Shown here piece by piece: positions 27,786 to 36,864 of a stretch of DNA of 64,000 bases; positions within the stretch are counted from its first letter, which is position 1, and every line of letters starts with the position of its first letter. The position numbers were made by a program, and so were the translations under genes. This stretch comes from Rhizobiaceae bacterium (GTDB taxonomy: Bacteria; Pseudomonadota; Alphaproteobacteria; Rhizobiales; Rhizobiaceae). Location: the NCBI GenBank assembly GCA_019635695.1, contig JAHBYZ010000003.1:1-64000 (forward strand). Direction: 5' to 3'. Under the pieces are notes generated by a model. That model ran no database searches, had not been told where the DNA came from, and saw only the letters and a program-made list of their open reading frames with translations.

Positions 27786-27853
27786 GACGGCCTCCGGTTG
27801 ATTGCATTGCTATCAATGTAAGCATTGACAGCAATGCTGTCAAAAACGCGCCG

Positions 27854-29422
27854 TCAGTCGAAAGCCATGATGAGAAGGGCGATCGCGATCACCCAAAGCG
27901 CGACGCGCCCCCAGCGCCCATGCCGTGCCTCGGCGCGGCCGATGGCCTCGGCGGTCTGCGCGTCGAAGCGCAGCCCTTTCTCGGCCATGGCGTCGATCTC
28001 GCGCGACAGCCGCTCCGTACGCGCGGCAAGGTCCGGCGCCTGCCGCGCCAGCGAAAGCACGGCGGAAACGCCGTCGCGCGCGTCGTCCAGCATTCCGCGC
28101 GGGCCGAGATTGCCGCGTATCCAGTCGCCGACCACAGGTTCGGCCACCTTCCACATGTTGAAGCGCGGATCGAGGGACCGGCACACGCCTTCCACCACGA
28201 CCATGGTCTTCTGCAGCATCAGCAGCTCGGTGCGCGCCTGCATGTCGAAGATCTCGGTCACCTCGAACAGCAGCGTCAGCAGCCGCGCCATCGAGATCGT
28301 GTCGGCCGACTGGCCGTGGATCGGCTCGCCGATGGCGCGGATGGCCTGCGCGAAGGCGCGCACGTCATGCGTGCGCGGCACATAGCCGGCCTCGAAATGC
28401 ACTTCGGCCACGCGGCGGTAGTCGCGGGTGATGAAGCCGTAGAGGATTTCGGCGAGGAAGCGCCGCTCCTTCTTGCCGAGCCGCCCGGTGATGCCGAAAT
28501 CGACCGCCACCAGCGTGCCGTCGGCTTCCACCATCAGGTTCCCGGGGTGCATGTCGGCGTGGAAGAAGCCGTCGCGCAGCGCATGCCGCAGGAAGGACTG
28601 CATCAGCGTTGCAGACAGCGCCACCGGATCGTGCCCGGCGGCCCGCACCGCGCCCATGTCCGAGAGCTTGGCGCCGTCGATCCACTCCATGGTGACGACG
28701 TCGCGGCCTGTGCGCTCCCAGTCGATCCACGGCACCCTGAAGCCGGGATCGTCGGCGACATTCTCCCCCATCTCCGAGATGGCGGCGGCCTCCAGCCGCA
28801 GATCCATCTCGATGCGCGTGGTCTGCGCCAGCAGCTTCGTCACCTCGACCGGCTTCAGCCGCCGCGACGAAGGCACGAAACGCTCCTGCAGCCTGGCGGC
28901 GAGGAAATAGGCTTCCAGGTCCTGGTTGAAGCGCGTCCGCACACCCGGCCGGATCACCTTCACCGCGACCTTCGCCTCGGTGCCCGCGCGCTCGGTGCGA
29001 GCCGGATGCACCTGCGCGATCGAGGCGGCGGCCACCGGCTCGCCGAACTCGTGGAACAGGGCACCCAGCGGCCGTCCGAGCGATTCCTCGATCGTGCGCG
29101 CCGCTTCCTGCGTCGGGAAGGTCGCCATGCGGTCCTGCAGTGCGGCGAGGTCGCGCGCCAGTTCGGCACCCACCACATCCGGGCGCGTCGCCAGGAACTG
29201 CCCGAGCTTGACGTAGGACGGCCCGAGCCGCTCGACCGCCTGGGCGATGCTTTGCGTGCGCTCCCGGCTGCGCGAGCGCGGCCGCGCAAGCAGGTTGGCG
29301 ATGCGCCATGCGGCACGCGGCGGCCCCTCGAACTGGTCGCCCGGCAGCGCCGCGACCACCCCTTCGCGCACCATCACCCAGCCCGCGCGGGCCAGCCGGA
29401 ACCATGCGGCGAGGGTGCTCAT
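27854..29422 (-). CDS. ubiB: ubiquinone biosynthesis protein UbiB (ABC1 kinase-like)
   Basis: ABC1/UbiB motifs (SIAQVH, VAVKVIRPG, HADMHPGN) and C-terminal TM helices. Confidence 0.9.
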   Translation of the reverse strand: MSTLAAWFRLARAGWVMVREGVVAALPGDQFEGPPRAAWRIANLLARPRSRSRERTQSIAQAVERLGPSYVKLGQFLATRPDVVGAELARDLAALQDRMATFPTQEAARTIEESLGRPLGALFHEFGEPVAAASIAQVHPARTERAGTEAKVAVKVIRPGVRTRFNQDLEAYFLAARLQERFVPSSRRLKPVEVTKLLAQTTRIEMDLRLEAAAISEMGENVADDPGFRVPWIDWERTGRDVVTMEWIDGAKLSDMGAVRAAGHDPVALSATLMQSFLRHALRDGFFHADMHPGNLMVEADGTLVAVDFGITGRLGKKERRFLAEILYGFITRDYRRVAEVHFEAGYVPRTHDVRAFAQAIRAIGEPIHGQSADTISMARLLTLLFEVTEIFDMQARTELLMLQKTMVVVEGVCRSLDPRFNMWKVAEPVVGDWIRGNLGPRGMLDDARDGVSAVLSLARQAPDLAARTERLSREIDAMAEKGLRFDAQTAEAIGRAEARHGRWGRVALWVIAIALLIMAFD

Positions 29423-29440
29423 GCCGTGGCTCCTCCCCCG

Positions 29441-29490
29441 TTCACGGGGGAGGGGGACCGCCGAAGGCGGTGGAGGGGGCGGTGTCGTGA
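29441..29490. repeat. REP-like GC-rich palindromic element (copy A)
   Basis: CCTCCCCCGTTCACGGGGGAGG hairpin plus GGGGGACCGCCGAAGGCGGTGGAGGGGG, in the ubiB-ubiE intergenic region. Approximate. Confidence 0.6.
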
Positions 29491-29513
29491 AAGCGCCATC
29501 CGGACGGTCGCGC

Positions 29514-30290
29514 CTACAGTTTCCAGCCGGAATGCGCGGCGGCGATGCCGCCCGAATAGTCCCGCCACGTCACGCGCGAGAAGCCGGCGCGCTCGATCAT
29601 GGCGGCGAAATCGCGCTGGCGCGGAAACTTGCGGATCGACTCAACCAGGTAGCGATACGGTTCGCCGTCCCCCGTCACCATCTGGCCGATGCGCGGGATG
29701 GCGTTGAACGACCACGCCTCGTAGACCCGGTCGAGCAGCGGCACATCTACTTCCGAGAATTCGAGGCAGAGGAAACGTCCGCCGCGCTTGAGCACGCGGA
29801 ACGCTTCCGCGAGTGCGGTGTCGATATGCGGCACGTTGCGGATGCCGAATGCGATCGTGTAGGCGTCGAAGCTGGCGTCGTCGAACGGCAGCTTCTCGGC
29901 GTTGGCCTCGACGAAGTCGACCCTTTCCGACAGCCCGCGCTGCTGCGCCCGCTCGCGCCCGACCGCCAGCATCGAGGCATTGATGTCGCTGACGGTGGCG
30001 CGCCCATGCCCGCCGCTCGCCTCCACGGCGCGGAAGGCGATGTCGCCGGTGCCGCCGGCCATGTCGAGCAGGCTCCAGCCGGAGCGCTTGGGCGGGGCCA
30101 GCCACGCCACGGCCGCGTCCTTCCACAGCCGGTGCAGGCCGCCGGACATCAGGTCGTTCATCAGGTCGTAGCGGTTGGCGACGCGGTGGAACACCTTGTC
30201 GACCAGTCCCTGCTTTTCGCCGTCCGCCACCGCCTGGAAACCGTAGGAGGTCTCCATGCCGCCGGCGGCCGTCGTGCGCGTGTCGCTCAT
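29514..30290 (-). CDS. ubiE: ubiquinone/menaquinone biosynthesis C-methyltransferase
   Basis: SAM-binding motif (LDMAGGTGD) and the UbiE family pattern. Upstream of ubiB in the same orientation. Confidence 0.9.
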   Translation of the reverse strand: MSDTRTTAAGGMETSYGFQAVADGEKQGLVDKVFHRVANRYDLMNDLMSGGLHRLWKDAAVAWLAPPKRSGWSLLDMAGGTGDIAFRAVEASGGHGRATVSDINASMLAVGRERAQQRGLSERVDFVEANAEKLPFDDASFDAYTIAFGIRNVPHIDTALAEAFRVLKRGGRFLCLEFSEVDVPLLDRVYEAWSFNAIPRIGQMVTGDGEPYRYLVESIRKFPRQRDFAAMIERAGFSRVTWRDYSGGIAAAHSGWKL

Positions 30291-30406
30291 GCTTCAACTT
30301 CCCGACAAAATGCGAGGCGGACCATAGCCCATCGAAAATCCCGCGGCTATTCTTCGATCCCGCGGTGAACGGACGCGGTGAACGGACGCGGGAGGACGGC
30401 GGAACG

Positions 30407-31390
30407 ATGGTGCCGAAAGCGGAGCTTCACTGCCATATCGAAGGCGCTGCCGCACCCGATCTGGTGATCGCTCAGGCGCGCAAATACGGCGCCGACACCA
30501 CGGCCTTCATCCGCGATGGCTCGTTCGTCTGGAGCGATTTCACCAGTTTCCTCGCCGCCTACGACTTCTCCGCCGACCTGTTCCGCGACGAGGAGGATTA
30601 CGCCCGGCTGGCCGACCACTACCTGACCAGCCTTGCCCGCGACGGCTGCATCTACTCCGAGGTATTCACCTCGCCCGACCACGCCCGCCGCGCCGGCCTG
30701 TCGCCGCAAGCCTATACCAACGCGCTTGGCGAGGGCATGGAGCGGGCCAGGGCCAAGACCGGCATCGAAGGGCGCATGATCGTCACCGGCGTGCGCCATT
30801 TCGGCGTCGAATCGGTCGAGGCCGCCGCCCGCTTCGCTGCAAGGTGCGGCCACCGGCTGGTCACCGGCTTCGGCATGGCCGGCGAGGAGCGCTTCGGCGA
30901 GGTCGAGGACTATGTGCGCGCCTTCGAGATTGCGCGCGAAGCCGGATTGGGCATCACCGTCCATGCCGGCGAACTTGCCGGCTGGGAGAGCGTCGACGCG
31001 GCGCTGACCCACATCCGCCCGTCGCGCATCGGCCACGGCGTGCGCGCCATCGAGAACCCCGACTTGGTGAAGCGCATCGCCGATGCCGGCGTCGTGCTCG
31101 AGGTCTGCCCGGTGTCCAACATCGAGCTGAAGGTGTTCCCGGACTTCGCCGCGCATCCGTTCCCCAAGCTGCGCGCCGCCGGGTGCAAGGTCACGCTCAA
31201 TTCCGACGATCCGCCCTATTTCTGGACGACGCTGAAGCGGGAATACGATGTGGCGGCCGAGCATTTCGGCCTGTCGACGAAGGAACTCGCCGCGGTGACG
31301 CGCACGGCGCTGGATGCGGCCTTCGTCGACCGCAAGACCCGCGCGGAACTGATCGCGCGCGCCGACAGGATGGCTGCCGCGAAGGCCTGA
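30407..31390 (+). CDS. add: adenosine deaminase
   Basis: Metal-binding HCHIEG..., HAGE and SDDP motifs. GGAGGA RBS. Confidence 0.85.
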   Translation: MVPKAELHCHIEGAAAPDLVIAQARKYGADTTAFIRDGSFVWSDFTSFLAAYDFSADLFRDEEDYARLADHYLTSLARDGCIYSEVFTSPDHARRAGLSPQAYTNALGEGMERARAKTGIEGRMIVTGVRHFGVESVEAAARFAARCGHRLVTGFGMAGEERFGEVEDYVRAFEIAREAGLGITVHAGELAGWESVDAALTHIRPSRIGHGVRAIENPDLVKRIADAGVVLEVCPVSNIELKVFPDFAAHPFPKLRAAGCKVTLNSDDPPYFWTTLKREYDVAAEHFGLSTKELAAVTRTALDAAFVDRKTRAELIARADRMAAAKA

Positions 31391-31393
31391 AAT

Positions 31394-32011
31394 CTAGTCG
31401 ACTGCCCCGACCAGCATGTTCTGGTCGGCGAGCAGGTTCACCCAGCGCCCGGTATGGTTGCTGGCCTGCCGCTTCAGGAACTTGTAGCCGGTGTGGTGCC
31501 AGGGCTTCACCTTGTCCGACAGATTGTCGAGGATGAAGTCGCCGCGATCGGTGCGCACGGTCAGCACGGCATGGCCTTCGCCGTCGGGCTTGCGTACCAC
31601 GGTGATCAGGAGATTGGACAGCGAGACGCCGTCATCGCGATTGAGGATGCGGCGCTTCTCCAGGACGTAGTCCTCGCAGTCGCCGACGCCGGCGTCCGGA
31701 TAGGTCCAGACCTCGTCGATGCCGTAAATGTCCTTGTCGCTCATCGGCTTCACCGCGGCGTTGACCGCGAGGTTGACCTCGTCGAGCCGGGCCGAGAGCC
31801 GCTCGGTCAGGCGCTCCGGGCCGACATCGAGCGGCCGGATCCTGCACTCGGCCGGATTGGCCTTGCAGAACTCGTAATGGCCGATCGGCTGCGAGGTCTG
31901 GCGCCCGACGATCATCGAGCCGTCGGCACCGGCATACTGGACGCCGGACAACACCATCACGGAAGCGGCGACGGCCAGCAGCCCGTGCTTCACCCCTCGC
32001 CGATGCGCCAT
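31394..32011 (-). CDS. periplasmic transglutaminase-like cysteine peptidase (BTLCP family)
   Basis: Signal peptide and a Cys-containing motif (YPDAGVGDCEDYVLEKRRIL) typical of the BTLCP family. Confidence 0.65.
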   Translation of the reverse strand: MAHRRGVKHGLLAVAASVMVLSGVQYAGADGSMIVGRQTSQPIGHYEFCKANPAECRIRPLDVGPERLTERLSARLDEVNLAVNAAVKPMSDKDIYGIDEVWTYPDAGVGDCEDYVLEKRRILNRDDGVSLSNLLITVVRKPDGEGHAVLTVRTDRGDFILDNLSDKVKPWHHTGYKFLKRQASNHTGRWVNLLADQNMLVGAVD

Positions 32012-32158
32012 TCAGCCGGTTCCCCGCGCCCGTGTTTCGCCCGTTAACGAACTGTTAAGGTGCGGTGCGGCGGAAAGTCAATTGACGCATGAACCATCAT
32101 TGCCGCGATGGTTAGCGTCGGCGACCGAATGTTGCGCGATCGCTACGCTTTTGCGCGG

Positions 32159-33439
32159 CTAACTCTTTCGTGAGGCGACGACGCGAGGCTTCTCGTAGCG
32201 CGCGTTCTTCGGGTTCGAGCGGATGAAGTCGGTGATTCGCGGCACCACTTCGGAGCGGAAGCGCGAGCCGTTGAACACGCCGTAATGGCCGACCTTGGGC
32301 TGCATGTAATGGACCTTGCGCGCGGCCGGGATGTTCGGCGTCAGGTCGTGCGAGGCCTGCGTCTGGCCGAGCCCGGAAATGTCGTCGTTCTCGCCCTCGA
32401 CGGTGAGCAGCGCCGTGCCGCGGATGGCCGAGGGGTCGACCTTCTCGTCGCGGAACATCATCGTGCCCTTGGGCAGGGCGTGGTCGACGAACACGGTCTC
32501 GACCGTCTGCAGGTAGAATTCGGCGGTCAGGTCCATGACGGCGAGATACTCGTCGTAGAACTCGCGGTGTTTTTCCGCCGAATCGCCGTCGTTCTTCACC
32601 AGATGGAAGAAGAAGTCCTTGTGCGCGGCGATGTGGCGGTCGAGGTTCATCGACATGAAGCCGGAGAGCTGCAGGAAGCCCGGATAGACGTCGCGGCCGA
32701 AGCCGGCCAGCGGCCACGGCACCTGCATGATGACGTTGTCGCGGAACCAGCCGATGCCCTTCTCCTCGGCGAGCTTGTTGACGGCGGTGGGGTTGCGGCG
32801 CGTATCGATCGGCCCGCCCATAAGCGTCATGGAGGCCGGCGAATTGGGATCGTTGCGCGCCTCCATCACCGAGACGGCGGCGAACACCGGCACCGCCGGC
32901 TGGCAGACGCCGAGCACGTGCGTGTCGGGGCCGAGATGGGCCAGCATCTCGATCAGGTAGTCGATGTAGTCGTCGAGGTCGAAGCGTCCGGCCGCCAGCG
33001 GCACGGTGCGCGCGTCGGCCCAGTCGGTGATGTAGACCTCGAACTTCGGCAGGAAGGCCTCCACCGTGCCACGCAGCAGCGTGGCGTAGTGGCCCGACAT
33101 CGGCGCCACGATCAGCATCTTGGGATCGTTGCGGCGCTTCGCAGAGGCAGGGATGTCGCGGCGGAAATGCAGCAGGTCGCAGAACGGTTTCGACCAGACG
33201 ATCTCCTCGACCACCGGCACCTTGACGAAATCGACCGTCGTCTCGGTGAAGCCGAAGGCCGGCTTGCCGTAGCGCCGCGTGGTGCGCTCGAACAGCTCGG
33301 CCGCGCCCGCGATCGAGCGGCCGAAGGCCGTGCGCGTCAGCGGGTTGAGCGGGTGGGTGTAGATCAGCCTCACCGCATCCGCGAAGGCGCGCGAGGGCTG
33401 CAGCGCAGCATGGTTCATCTCGTAGAGCTGGTAGAACAT
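32159..33439 (-). CDS. phaZ: intracellular polyhydroxyalkanoate depolymerase
   Basis: PhaZ family sequence (MFYQLYEMNHAAL..., lipase-box-like region). Start at internal Met. Confidence 0.8.
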   Translation of the reverse strand: MFYQLYEMNHAALQPSRAFADAVRLIYTHPLNPLTRTAFGRSIAGAAELFERTTRRYGKPAFGFTETTVDFVKVPVVEEIVWSKPFCDLLHFRRDIPASAKRRNDPKMLIVAPMSGHYATLLRGTVEAFLPKFEVYITDWADARTVPLAAGRFDLDDYIDYLIEMLAHLGPDTHVLGVCQPAVPVFAAVSVMEARNDPNSPASMTLMGGPIDTRRNPTAVNKLAEEKGIGWFRDNVIMQVPWPLAGFGRDVYPGFLQLSGFMSMNLDRHIAAHKDFFFHLVKNDGDSAEKHREFYDEYLAVMDLTAEFYLQTVETVFVDHALPKGTMMFRDEKVDPSAIRGTALLTVEGENDDISGLGQTQASHDLTPNIPAARKVHYMQPKVGHYGVFNGSRFRSEVVPRITDFIRSNPKNARYEKPRVVASRKS

Positions 33440-33600
33440 CGCGGCCCCGTCGCGGACGGCCCGTGGGAAACGGGTCAACGCCGCGCCTTTGTTATGCGGC
33501 AAAACGTATCAACGTTTTGTTGCAATGCAATACGCGGCGAGGCCGGAGGTTCCGCGACGCTGGGGCAGGGCGGGGCCCTTGGGCGCGACCGGCAACCGCC

Positions 33601-33739
33601 AGAACCCCCTCTCCGTCACGCTTCGCGTGCCACCTCTCCCCCATTTCATGGGGGCGAGGAACTCGGCCGCAACGTCTTCGCAGTTCCTCGCCCCCGCAAC
33701 GCGGGGGAGAGGTGGCACGCGAAGCGTGACGGAGAGGGG
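33601..33739. repeat. long near-perfect palindrome (about 35-bp arms, REP-related, copy B)
   Basis: CTCTCCGTCACGCTTCGCGTGCCACCTCTCCCCC ... GGGGGAGAGGTGGCACGCGAAGCGTGACGGAGAG with an inner palindrome. Approximate. Confidence 0.6.
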
Positions 33740-33746
33740 CCTTCTT

Positions 33747-34058
33747 TCACCGCCCCTCCTCAACGAAGCGGCGCAGAAAGTGGCGCGCGGCATAGGCCAA
33801 ATCGTCGACCCAGTCGGGCATCGGCACGCTGCACAGGCCGGTCGCGGCCGCGTTCATGCAGCGGCCGTGCTGGCGACAGAGCCGCGCCGGGCATTTGCCG
33901 GCATTGCCGATCATGGTGGCGAACAGCGCGAAGGCCAGCTTCTCGGCCTGCATGGCGGACTCGAAGTCGGCGACCGACAGGCCGGCGACGGTCGTGGGCT
34001 CGGGTGCCGGCTTCGGTGCCGGCTGGGCTTGCGGCTTGGCTTTGGCCTTCTGCGGCAT
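33747..34058 (-). CDS. small hypothetical protein (Lys/Pro/Ala-rich N-terminus, Cys-containing C-terminus)
   Basis: ORF starting at internal Met (MPQKAKAKPQ...). No known domain. Confidence 0.4.
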   Translation of the reverse strand: MPQKAKAKPQAQPAPKPAPEPTTVAGLSVADFESAMQAEKLAFALFATMIGNAGKCPARLCRQHGRCMNAAATGLCSVPMPDWVDDLAYAARHFLRRFVEEGR

Positions 34059-34379
34059 GGCGTGCTCCTGCTGACATGGGGGTTCGTCGCCGCGCTCGCT
34101 TCGAGGGCGGGTGGGAAGCGGGCGCATGGCTCAGCGTCCTAAAAGAATGCTGCTATGACGCCTCGCCATGCGCCCGCCGGTGTTCTTGTCCCGCGGCGAG
34201 GGTGTACCGGCCTGACTGGGACCCGGACCTGAGGGCTCAACACCCAGGCGGACTACCGTCGCCCGCCCGATCCGGCACCGGCGCCCTCACGAAAGGTCGG
34301 TGGCCTTCCGTTTCCCGTGAGAGCAGCAGGGCGGATTATGGGGGAGGTGGAGAGGGTGGGGATAGATTTCGGCGGGAAT

Positions 34380-34680
34380 GGCGGATTTGTGCGTGGTTAG
34401 GCGCGGATTTGTCCCGCAGAAAGTGGCAGCGACCCCTTCTCCCCTCGTGGGGTCCGAAGGGGCGGATGAGGGGTGTTGGCCGGATCGCCAACTTCTCATT
34501 CCTTCCAGCACCCCTCATCCGTCTCGGCGCTGCGCGCCGATCCACCGCCCGGGGTGCATTCGCACCCGTCCTTCGGACCCCACGAGGGGAGAAGGGGTCG
34601 CGTCCCTCTCCGCTTCGTCATCCCGGAAGACGCTGCGAACGGAGTGAGCGGCGGCTATCCGGGATCCATGCCGTGATGTC
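34380..34680. repeat. composite MITE-like repetitive element (copy C) with 30-bp perfect terminal inverted repeats
   Basis: GACCCCTTCTCCCCTCGTGGGGTCCGAAGG at about 34431-34460 and its exact reverse complement at about 34561-34590. Direct repeats GCGGATTTGT x2 and CCCCTCATCCG x2. Confidence 0.55.
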
Positions 34681-34785
34681 TCAGGACTCCCACCGCCGTG
34701 GCCGTTCCGATGGGGAGGCATGGATTCCGGATAGACATCCGGCGCTGACGCGCCGCCGCCAGTTAGCCCCAAACACTTTCGACGT

Positions 34786-36036
34786 CTAAAGCAAGCCACC
34801 CATCGCGTAGCTGGGTTCTGTTAAAATCTGCGTATGAATTTTCTCTAGCTTTGCCTTGTCGCCGGTAGGAGCCGATGTTGACCGCAATACAGATTGAATC
34901 ATTAGAAATTTATCGTGTCCACACTTAAGGGGAAGACTATCGTTCTTTGCGTGCAGTATCGATTTGAATCTACTATATCCGGTGCTGACCGTAGCGATAT
35001 CCAAATGGAACTCTAGGAGGCTCTGACCCTTCGGCAGTAGTCGGTTTCGAAGATAATTCGCGGCCTTCGGCGCAAGCGTCTTGTCCTCGGCCAGTCGCGG
35101 CCACAACCCTGCAACTAACCGCGACAGCGTCTCGTCATTCATCCAAATGCGCTCACATCGAGTGATTGCCGAGAATAAGGTCGTGGGCAGTCCATAGCGG
35201 GATAGCAGCCAGAGTGCGCCGTAGGCCGGCGCCATTTCGTCAAGTGGGAAGACGTCAAGGATTCCCTTTAGCGAGGCGACCTCTGTGCCGTCGTAGTGGA
35301 TCTTGGCCTCGACTAGCCGCTTCGCCAAAACCATTCGAAAATAGTCGTCACAGACCAGGCCGAGCCTAAAGACGCTGTCGACTGCCTGAAATTCTTCCCG
35401 TCGAAACCCACAAATAGACGCGTTGCGAAGTGCCGAGTCTCGCAAGTTCGGGTGAAGTCGTACCACCGCCGCGAATAAAGCGTCGGGAAGCCGAAAGCTA
35501 TACTTGTTAAGTATACCAATTGTTCTCTTGAGTATCTTCTCTCCATTACCGTTCTTAAAGTAGCCTTGGCTATACTTTTTATCAACAGCGCGAGCGAAGA
35601 TAGACAGGGCGCGATCGGCTGCAGGCGCGCCTTTTGGCAACGAATCAAGATAACTTTCAATCTTATCGAGAACCCGAGTATCGCGCACGCGAAAGTGTTG
35701 AAAAGCTTCAATTGCGCTTAGTATCTTAGTTTTCCCTGCGTTCAAGCGCAGGCTACGCGACTGAAGCACAAGATCCGTATCTCTCAGTAGTCTCTTTGCC
35801 TCTTCAATCGTATCGGTGCCGGCATCAATGTCGTCCATAAAGCGGGCGTAATTCTTCTGGGACCTCTGCTCCATAAATCGATCAAGCTCAAACAAATAAC
35901 AGTGAGCGAGCAGTCGGGGTGCATCTAGGTCCATCTGAGGCAGGCCGATTTGCCTAGGAGGCATGAAGTCCGGGCGCCAAGACAGGGCGGTCACTATATG
36001 CAACAGAAAATCAAATAGCGGCTCCTGCACTTTCAC
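34786..36036 (-). CDS. reverse transcriptase, C-terminal part (RT motifs B, C, D plus a roughly 270-aa extension), in AT-rich island
   Basis: Motif B GLPQMDLDAPRLLAHCYLFELDRFM, motif C YARFMDD and motif D LRLNAGKTKIL. GTG start. Local GC is about 45% against about 66% in flanking DNA. Confidence 0.55.
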   Translation of the reverse strand: MKVQEPLFDFLLHIVTALSWRPDFMPPRQIGLPQMDLDAPRLLAHCYLFELDRFMEQRSQKNYARFMDDIDAGTDTIEEAKRLLRDTDLVLQSRSLRLNAGKTKILSAIEAFQHFRVRDTRVLDKIESYLDSLPKGAPAADRALSIFARAVDKKYSQGYFKNGNGEKILKRTIGILNKYSFRLPDALFAAVVRLHPNLRDSALRNASICGFRREEFQAVDSVFRLGLVCDDYFRMVLAKRLVEAKIHYDGTEVASLKGILDVFPLDEMAPAYGALWLLSRYGLPTTLFSAITRCERIWMNDETLSRLVAGLWPRLAEDKTLAPKAANYLRNRLLPKGQSLLEFHLDIATVSTGYSRFKSILHAKNDSLPLKCGHDKFLMIQSVLRSTSAPTGDKAKLEKIHTQILTEPSYAMGGLL

Positions 36037-36047
36037 AAAAGAAGTAA

Positions 36048-36323
36048 TTACGTTGCGAAGTTGTATAAGTCGATAAAATCATAGTAATTAGCAATATCTG
36101 TAACTACAATAGATTTGTTCTCTTTATTAAATCTAAGGATTTCCGACTGAAAAGCTTTCCACGATCTGAAAGTTCCATATTCTTGTTCGTCTACGGGTCT
36201 AAAGCTGTGATCTCGTGGTTCGAAGAAGGCATTCTTTGATGGCGACTGGCGTTTAAGGTCACCATACAATTTATCGGAAAGGCATTGGAGAATTATCGCT
36301 ACCTCAACGGTCGGCTGAACCAT
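36048..36323 (-). CDS. reverse transcriptase, N-terminal part (motifs 1/2 and A), different frame from downstream part
   Basis: PRDHSFRPV (motif 1/2) and SIVVTDIANYYDFI (motif A, DxxxF/YxxI pattern). Ends 11 nt before the GTG of the downstream RT ORF, in another frame. Confidence 0.5.
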   Translation of the reverse strand: MVQPTVEVAIILQCLSDKLYGDLKRQSPSKNAFFEPRDHSFRPVDEQEYGTFRSWKAFQSEILRFNKENKSIVVTDIANYYDFIDLYNFAT

Positions 36324-36715
36324 TAGGCGACAGAGACCAAGTGTCTTCTCAACCTGATATCGATTCGGGGGGTCGATTGTGAATTTCCAGCGCGAATATC
36401 TGTTCGTATTCGCGAGATAACCTGATCGATTCTCGCTTGAGTATCCAGATGGCCAACTGGATCGGGGAAAAGCTGACGCCGAAGATCATAGCGCGTCTTC
36501 TTTCTCCACTTTTCCTCTAATCGCTTGGCGCTAAGGTAGCGGAGGATGTAGCGCGCCCGAAGTTCATATTTCGGAGAGTGTTGAGACACAGGAAAGTCTC
36601 TTGTTTGCAAATCGAAGAGTTGCGGGAAAGCGGATTCTTGATCCCAACATATCCCTATTCGGTATGGTGCCAAGGTTGGCAGACTAACAACCCGGCCGAC
36701 GTCGCGGGCGATCAT
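36323..36715 (-). CDS. hypothetical protein, first ORF of the RT island (possible N-terminal segment of the same fragmented gene)
   Basis: ORF whose TAA overlaps the ATG of the next ORF (TAATG). No recognisable motif. Confidence 0.35.
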   Translation of the reverse strand: MIARDVGRVVSLPTLAPYRIGICWDQESAFPQLFDLQTRDFPVSQHSPKYELRARYILRYLSAKRLEEKWRKKTRYDLRRQLFPDPVGHLDTQARIDQVISRIRTDIRAGNSQSTPRIDIRLRRHLVSVA

Positions 36716-36803
36716 CTTGAGAGAATGAGAAGGCGCTGGTCGCGCGCCTTCGGCAGCTCACCCACCCGAACTTTCGCTCCCGTGAGACCTCTGCGCGAAG
36801 CCG

Positions 36804-36860
36804 CCCCCTCCACCACGCTTCGCGCGGTCCCCCTCCCCCGCTTCGCAGGGGAGGATCCCC
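36804..36860. repeat. REP-like GC-rich palindromic element (copy D)
   Basis: CCCCCTCCACCACGCTTCGCGCGGTCCCCCTCCCCCGCTTCGCAGGGGAGGATCCCC, between the RT island and the lepA stop. Approximate. Confidence 0.6.
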
Positions 36861-36864
36861 GGCG

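Larger units (their letters stand above)
34786..36715 (-). other. AT-rich horizontally acquired island carrying a fragmented or multi-ORF reverse transcriptase locus
   Basis: Compositional break (about 45-50% GC) bounded by REP-like elements C and D. Lies between a hypothetical gene and lepA. Confidence 0.6.

Noticed and set aside
32285-34789. 834-aa plus-strand ORF running from phaZ through the REP elements
   Set aside because: It is antisense to phaZ and then translates the palindromic repeats. It has no domain signal.
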